The notes below the pieces were generated by a model. That model had not been told where the DNA came from. It did no database searches and was given only the letters and a program-made list of their open reading frames with translations. The translations under genes were made by a program, and so were the position numbers. From an uncultured delta proteobacterium (GTDB taxonomy: Bacteria > Desulfobacterota > Binatia > UBA9968), in NCBI GenBank assembly GCA_963816145.1, contig CAWFJP010000030.1:32001-96000 (forward strand): 64,000 nucleotides of DNA. Reading direction: 5' to 3'. Position 1 is the first letter of the stretch, and each line of letters begins with the position of its first letter. This document shows, in pieces, positions 58,668 through 64,000 of the stretch.

Positions 58668-59591
58668 TTACCACAGATCAACTTCTTTACCAAGGTTTGA
58701 GAAGACATACTTTTCAACCTGTTTTAGTTGCTCCAATGAACCTGTTGGGACCTCGTCGAACTTTGTTGTGTTTTGAGATCTCTTGAGTACCCCCTGCCCT
58801 TCAGGATCTTTGTCCATGGTCAACAGGACTTCTTTAATTTCCTTTAAGAGTTTAGGATCAATGTCCCGTCGAAACGACACAAGATTCCTCGGCACCGCAA
58901 TGGTCGAGTCGAGAATTCGCAAACTCTCGCGAATTTCCGGCTTTAGACGGTCAAATTCCCTGTGGATTGTCGTCGCCGCATCGGCACGTCCAGTAATCAG
59001 AACATTCACCGCATTGCCATCGCTACCATAACTATAGCCTATCGTATCTGGTCGGACCGTTGTTCCGGGACTTTGAATATGCATTAATTTCAGTTTCTTT
59101 GCTTCGAGAAGCATTCGGGGAAGAACAGTAGCAGATGTTGAATGGGGCTCCTCGAATGCAATCACCTTTCCCATTAGGTCTGCAAGTGAATTGATCCCAC
59201 TGGCTTTCTTAACGACGATTAGACCCTTATAATCGGCCTCTCCATACTTCCACTGCCGCAAGAGAGGCAGCGCTCCCGCACGCTTCGCAAGTACCAATGT
59301 CGGTACGACACTATCATGGAATAGATCCACCTGTCCGTCGCGGAGCGCCTGTGCGAGAAGATGCAGTTTTTCGACTACAATTATCTTGCCTCCCGTGATA
59401 CCGAGCGGCGCTAGCTTCTTCGCCAAATAGTCAACAAATTCTTGGCGGTCCCGAATCGCTCTCACGGGATCATCGAAAACTCGCCCGAAAAATAACGGCT
59501 TCGCGTCACCGGCGAATAGTGGCGAACACCATGTAATTTGTGTTAGTGACAGCAACAACGCCAAACCGACAGAACGTTTTATCTTTTTCAC
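58668..59591 (-). CDS. PhnD-like phosphate/phosphite/phosphonate-binding protein (no transporter adjacent)
   Basis: Signal peptide, YKGLIVV, INSLADLMGKVIAF, HSTSA, VPRNLV. Confidence 0.85.
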   Translation of the reverse strand: MKKIKRSVGLALLLSLTQITWCSPLFAGDAKPLFFGRVFDDPVRAIRDRQEFVDYLAKKLAPLGITGGKIIVVEKLHLLAQALRDGQVDLFHDSVVPTLVLAKRAGALPLLRQWKYGEADYKGLIVVKKASGINSLADLMGKVIAFEEPHSTSATVLPRMLLEAKKLKLMHIQSPGTTVRPDTIGYSYGSDGNAVNVLITGRADAATTIHREFDRLKPEIRESLRILDSTIAVPRNLVSFRRDIDPKLLKEIKEVLLTMDKDPEGQGVLKRSQNTTKFDEVPTGSLEQLKQVEKYVFSNLGKEVDLW

Positions 59592-60148
59592 GATAAACTC
59601 CTTTTCTGACTGGCATCGAATGAGTATTGATTACAAGGGCATTGACTACACCAATTAATTAAAGCCCGATCCAACCACCACGGCGCGGACAAAAAATTCA
59701 CCACCCCCGGTTTTGAAACGACATTCTGCCTACGGTCCACTTAGCAAAAGCAATGGCTATTATAGGCTATCTAATCAGAATTGGCAAAAATTTAGACAGA
59801 TTCGCAATTTAGAGGGCGATTCCTCGATATTGTATCCGACCCACCTCGGCGGTCACCCAAAACCGTGGCCGGCGTAACACTGGACGCTTCTGGGGCGCAG
59901 AAAACGAGGCTTAACTGCCGTTATGATTGCTGTGAAGTGGCAGAGGTTATCCGGAATGAGAAGTAGATATGAATTGGAACGCCAACTCCCCAGACTGGCT
60001 CTGATTTCTAGGTCTTTGGAGCGTACAAAAGGAGCGATGGAACCAAATCAGAGTCCATCATAAGCAATCGGTGAAAGTTGCACCTGCGTCCGCTATCATT
60101 CGGCGTCCCGAATCAGAGCAAAGTCTTGAGATGGGCAACCCTATACGC

Positions 60149-61345
60149 CTACCGCGGAACCACCGTAGTCGTCCCGCTGTATGAAAGGATTGGGTCAGCA
60201 CGTTTCACTTCGGATTTGGACAACCGAAGGCAAGTTAGGACGGAAAGTAAAGTTAGGAGAGCCGCGAAATAGTATGCCGAACTGAACCCGAACGATTCGG
60301 CTAAAACACCCGAAACGAACACGCCGACGGGTTTGAAAATATTGCTGAGAGTCGTATACGTAGCCAGGTCTAAGGACGTTTTTTCCTCGCTGGCAAATTC
60401 CAACATCAAGTGATTGAAATAAACCATCGCCACACTAAATAAAATCATGTAGACGAAAACCCACGACAACAAGAAGAAAACGGATGTCGCGAACGACAAA
60501 GCGAGGCTCACTGGAATAAGCACCAAGCCACTAAACACAATAATCTTTCTGGGCTCCCATCCCAAGTTTACGAATTTCGAGAAAAACGTAACGATAACCC
60601 CCTGAACGACATATTCGGCCATTAGTACGGTACCCACAAATGCGGGAGCTGCCCCAATCATTTTCGTCAAGTAAACTGGCAGGACAACAACACCCCAGGC
60701 GTCGAGCGCTCCGTTTAGCAACCCAAATCCAAATCCCAGGGTTTTGATGCGCTCGTCCACGCCCCGCCATATTTTGAGCACTGGCAACTTAACCTGTTCA
60801 TGTAGATCAGGTAGAAAGCGCCAGGCTACAAGCGTTGAGAATCCGGTAAGTACCGCAAAGACGGCTAGCGTGTTTTCGATTGTGAGATATGCAATAAGCA
60901 GCCCGCCGCCGATCATCCCAACGCCCTTCGAAGCCTCTTTTAACCCTAGCATCATGTTGATGAGATGCCGTTGATTTCCCTTAGGTGAGAAATGCTTGAC
61001 GTATACGGCACTCATATCGGCCATGTATAGAAGGCCGCGAACAAACCTCTCAACGTAGATCAAGACCGGAATTGGCACCATGTACAAGAACGAAATCGCA
61101 CTGTGAATCGCCAAACCCGTAAGGAAGGTTTTTTTGTAACCCCAGCGATTCAACAACATTCCGATACCAAGTGGCGCGAAGATTTCGGCAAACTTGAACA
61201 AGAAGAAAAGAAAGGCAATCTCAGAAATCGACATCCCCGTAGCAGCGAAATACACGGGCACAACAACTCGAAGAGCTCCGTTAGTTAGCGCTTGGCTCCA
61301 ATAACCAAGTCCAACTATACCGATTGTTCGCTTATAGCTTGCCAT
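60149..61345 (-). CDS. MFS transporter, divergent ArsJ-like
   Basis: YWxxxLTxGALR, IAFLF, MSA..K, GxKxAxKGVG..GG.L, DxWxVVxLPVYL and SLD motifs recalled from ArsJ. Confidence 0.75.
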   Translation of the reverse strand: MASYKRTIGIVGLGYWSQALTNGALRVVVPVYFAATGMSISEIAFLFFLFKFAEIFAPLGIGMLLNRWGYKKTFLTGLAIHSAISFLYMVPIPVLIYVERFVRGLLYMADMSAVYVKHFSPKGNQRHLINMMLGLKEASKGVGMIGGGLLIAYLTIENTLAVFAVLTGFSTLVAWRFLPDLHEQVKLPVLKIWRGVDERIKTLGFGFGLLNGALDAWGVVVLPVYLTKMIGAAPAFVGTVLMAEYVVQGVIVTFFSKFVNLGWEPRKIIVFSGLVLIPVSLALSFATSVFFLLSWVFVYMILFSVAMVYFNHLMLEFASEEKTSLDLATYTTLSNIFKPVGVFVSGVLAESFGFSSAYYFAALLTLLSVLTCLRLSKSEVKRADPILSYSGTTTVVPR

Positions 61346-61375
61346 GATTTGGCAAAAGGGATTGGCTCTTGGTTT

Positions 61376-62215
61376 TTAAAGTCTCTCACTGTTGGCCATG
61401 TAGACATCGATTCTTGGACGAAAGAAACTAGCCTCTTTATGTCCTCGGAGCGGTCCCTCAAACAAGAACCCCATGCCTTCAACGTATTTTGAATAATTAG
61501 TTCGCCAAATTGGGTAGTGAGCCTCCAAGTCCTCAAGCCATACCGGTAATCTAGAGTGTGGGTATTTTAATTCCAGAATCGTTTTTTTCGATTTACCTGC
61601 GGGCTCCTGTACGGGATACTTCCACGAATCGTGTGAAAAAACATCGGCACTGACATGGTAAGATTGGATACCCGAATCGAGGCAAACCCGGTGGATCTCA
61701 TCTTGAAACGCTAGCCTTCGATAGGTTTGTAGCAGAACTGGCGCAATGCCCATCGTGAGGATGGTTTCCTGAGTTTCTCGGTACAAATCGGAAATGATCT
61801 TTGGCTCAAAGTCTTGATTATACCCCGTCACGCTCTTAACTACGTCTCGGCCGTTAAAAAAATCCGCAAGGTCCAGCCGCTTGATACGGAATCTCTTCTT
61901 TCGCCATCGATCTTTCTCTCGAATCTTAACTTCGACCCAATAATCAGATATCGGAATAGGAGATTCCCCGTAGCTTTCATAGGTCCGCAAGCGAACAAGG
62001 ATATGATGGCCACCGTTCAACAGAGCATAACGGGTTAAATCAAAGTCTCGATTATCAAAATAAACGCTTCCCACACACGTGATTGCGTATATCGGCTGAA
62101 GTCCAACCTTATACAGATATAGGCTCAACTCACGCCAAACACCGGCAATCTCACCATCACCGACAGCTAATTGATAGTTCCTTTCAATGCGATCTTGATA
62201 TATTGGTCCGTGCAT
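61376..62215 (-). CDS. VTC-domain (CYTH/triphosphate tunnel) protein
   Basis: RIERNY, SVYFD, VRLRTY, WVEVK, KKR, YRRLAF, RVCLD, ILELK, YSKY. Confidence 0.82.
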   Translation of the reverse strand: MHGPIYQDRIERNYQLAVGDGEIAGVWRELSLYLYKVGLQPIYAITCVGSVYFDNRDFDLTRYALLNGGHHILVRLRTYESYGESPIPISDYWVEVKIREKDRWRKKRFRIKRLDLADFFNGRDVVKSVTGYNQDFEPKIISDLYRETQETILTMGIAPVLLQTYRRLAFQDEIHRVCLDSGIQSYHVSADVFSHDSWKYPVQEPAGKSKKTILELKYPHSRLPVWLEDLEAHYPIWRTNYSKYVEGMGFLFEGPLRGHKEASFFRPRIDVYMANSERL

Positions 62216-63364
62216 TTGAGGACTCCGCGGCTACCACTCAGTGGACTTCAGTCGATTCCACTTTTGAGACTTATGAAACCAAACTCCAAGAGTGCTCACC
62301 CTTGCTGTATTATCAAGGCGCTTGTCGGCCGTTCGCTTTGGAAATTGGACTTTTCGCCAACATGCCTAATACTTCACTCTAAGCCTCGAACTAGCTCCCA
62401 CGCCCGTAATGCTCATACCCTTCATCATCGAAAGAGCTTTCACGGAAATAGATGGAACTCTATATAATAGTTGGCAATCCTAGTCAAGAATATAATATAG
62501 ATGGTAATTAACTGAAAAATCGGGAGTTTTGTGGCCAGGTTGAGAATCCAACCAATCAGGCGATTCGTATCGGACGAAACTATGTTTGTTACGTAACCGC
62601 GATCAAACCGGGGAAAGAGGTAAAGTGATACACAAAACGTGACAACGCCGATGTCCGTTGGACAAATATTTCGTGGTGCTCGATTGAAAAACTAAATTAA
62701 CGCTCGACCTTCGGATTGAAAGGAATTAGAATAAAAAGACTTTAAGAATTACTTTCTGCGCGGGAAAAACCGAAAAGCTCTTAGTTATTGGATTTCACAG
62801 TACATTCACTACTAGAAGCGAGGGTACAACATCCTTAGAGATGCCTGGTCGCACATTCCGCTCAACGCGCCAACGTTTTTTTAGCACCACCGCTCTTCTC
62901 CGCCATCGCCCAGGCATCCCGCAGGGTCACCGAGCGATTAAATACTTTCATCTTGAGCGTCGACTCCCAATCGATGTGCCAAGAATCACTTCACTCGTTG
63001 AGAACATTCGTTGGGTATCGAGAGATTCGCATCAGCTATCGCAAGACGCGCTGCGGCTATCCCAAGTTGTGCGAATCGATCAATCCGCTGGGCAAACTGG
63101 CTTGGCATAAACTCATCCGGAAGCGAAGTCCGAAAATTCCCCAGCACTCGGGCAGTCAAAAGGTGTTGTATTGAAAGACGTGATCTTCTTAACTCCCGAC
63201 CTGCCCTACTTGAGGGAATCCCAGAACCGGCCCTCGCCTATCCCAATCCACGATAAGACTCCAAGACCGATAATGACCACGCGACGGTTGCACCCTGGGC
63301 GAGGTGTTTCACACTTTGTCAATTCCCAGTCCACCTTGGTCCACCAATTCACGTAATCCCCTAC

Positions 63365-63555
63365 CTACCCGCCGTTGTCTGAAGCCAAGTCGGAGTTTTT
63401 CATCAACCACTCGTCGACCAAGGTCTTCTTAAATCGCCATTGATTGCCCACTCTGAATGCAGGAATTTTTTCTGAGTTACCGAGCGGTAAACCGTGAATT
63501 TATCCACTTTTAAGTACCGGGCAACCTGTTCTGCCGTTAGCAAATTTCCGTGCAT
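63365..63555 (-). pseudogene. Excisionase-like HTH_17 DNA-binding protein with a frameshift in an A6 run
   Basis: LLTAEQVARYLKVDKFTVYR; adding one A at 63466-63471 gives KKIPAFRVGNQWRFKKTLVDEWL. Confidence 0.8.
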
Positions 63556-63612
63556 TGGCGCCTTCAGTATGGCAATATCTGGCACTATTAAAAACTATCC
63601 TTGGAGATTCCT

Positions 63613-64000
63613 ATGCTGAGAAAATTTCTACTTTTCGCTATCTGGATCATCTTGGACGTCGAGAAATCTGCGATTGACAATGAGGCTCTCGGGGGCGGAT
63701 TCGCCATTCCGCACCAGAGTGCACGAGGGCTAGGACTTTCAAATGCGATGACAGCCGGCGTCAACGAACCGTCAGCTGTTTACTATAACCCTGCGGCGCT
63801 GAGCGAAGTTCAAGGTAATATGTTGCTGGCGAATGGCAGTTATATCAACGTAATCAGCGACGTCGAGAACAGCGGCAGAAAGTCGGTGAACAAGCATGAC
63901 GACAACTTTCTAGCGACTCTCTTCGGCAATTATCATATCCCAGGAAGCGATTTTACCATCGGCATGGGCGCATACACACCATTCGGGCTAGCGACTACTT
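63613..64000 (+). CDS. FadL/TodX/OmpP1 outer-membrane transporter, 5' part; runs off window end
   Basis: Hand translation GGFAIPHQSARGLGLSNAMTAGVNEPSAVYYNPAAL...GMGAYTPFGLAT; GGAG RBS. Confidence 0.88.
   Translation, partial: MLRKFLLFAIWIILDVEKSAIDNEALGGGFAIPHQSARGLGLSNAMTAGVNEPSAVYYNPAALSEVQGNMLLANGSYINVISDVENSGRKSVNKHDDNFLATLFGNYHIPGSDFTIGMGAYTPFGLATT

Noticed and set aside
58668-59591. True AioX/ArxX arsenite-binding protein
   Set aside because: No cysteine in the predicted mature protein and no arsenite oxidase genes in the window.
59626-59650. Direct repeat ATTGA(T/C)TACA upstream of the PhnD-like gene as a Pho box
   Set aside because: The period is 15 nt rather than 11 and the sequence does not match the PhoB consensus; it could still be another regulator's site, but this is unsupported.
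62966-62982. Possible sigma54 promoter TTGGCACATCGATTGGG before a 29-aa minus-strand ORF (MKVFNRSVTLRDAW...)
   Set aside because: The -12 GC is replaced by GG and the ORF has no independent support.
63461-63475. Programmed -1 frameshift in the HTH gene
   Set aside because: G AAA AAA T is not a canonical X XXY YYZ site and no stimulatory structure was evident; a homopolymer indel is more likely.

Overview
Gene-dense, GC-rich bacterial chromosomal segment. Its content of orphan NMT1/SsuA-type and TctC binding proteins, LLM, amidohydrolase, cupin and UbiD genes resembles uncultured Candidatus Binatia-like 'Deltaproteobacteria'; this taxonomy is inference only. Housekeeping genes (ilvD, pyk, pyrE, pyrR) are interspersed with putative aromatic/N-heterocycle catabolic modules: a gentisate-dioxygenase-like bicupin next to a PqqC/CADD-like diiron protein; a lone sigma54-driven PaaA/BoxB-like diiron protein with a 63-aa partner; UbiD; a GntR-cyclic amidohydrolase-xanthine-dehydrogenase-family operon; and an amidase with a GatC/AtzG-like partner. 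A zincin peptidase/ATP-grasp pair is also present. The last ~11.5 kb hold a sigma54 phosphorelay that includes a protein with degenerate receiver and AAA+ domains fused to an intact HisKA. An AT-richer block follows with a PhnD-like binding protein, an ArsJ-like MFS paired with a VTC (polyphosphate-polymerase-fold) enzyme instead of GAPDH, and a FadL-type porin. Intergenic regions carry several families of REP-like and tandem-oligomer hairpins (two of them nested), a PyrR-type RNA site over the pyrE RBS, and several decayed or frameshifted genes. No rRNA, tRNA, CRISPR array or transposase was recognised. All family assignments come from motif recognition by eye, not from database searches.
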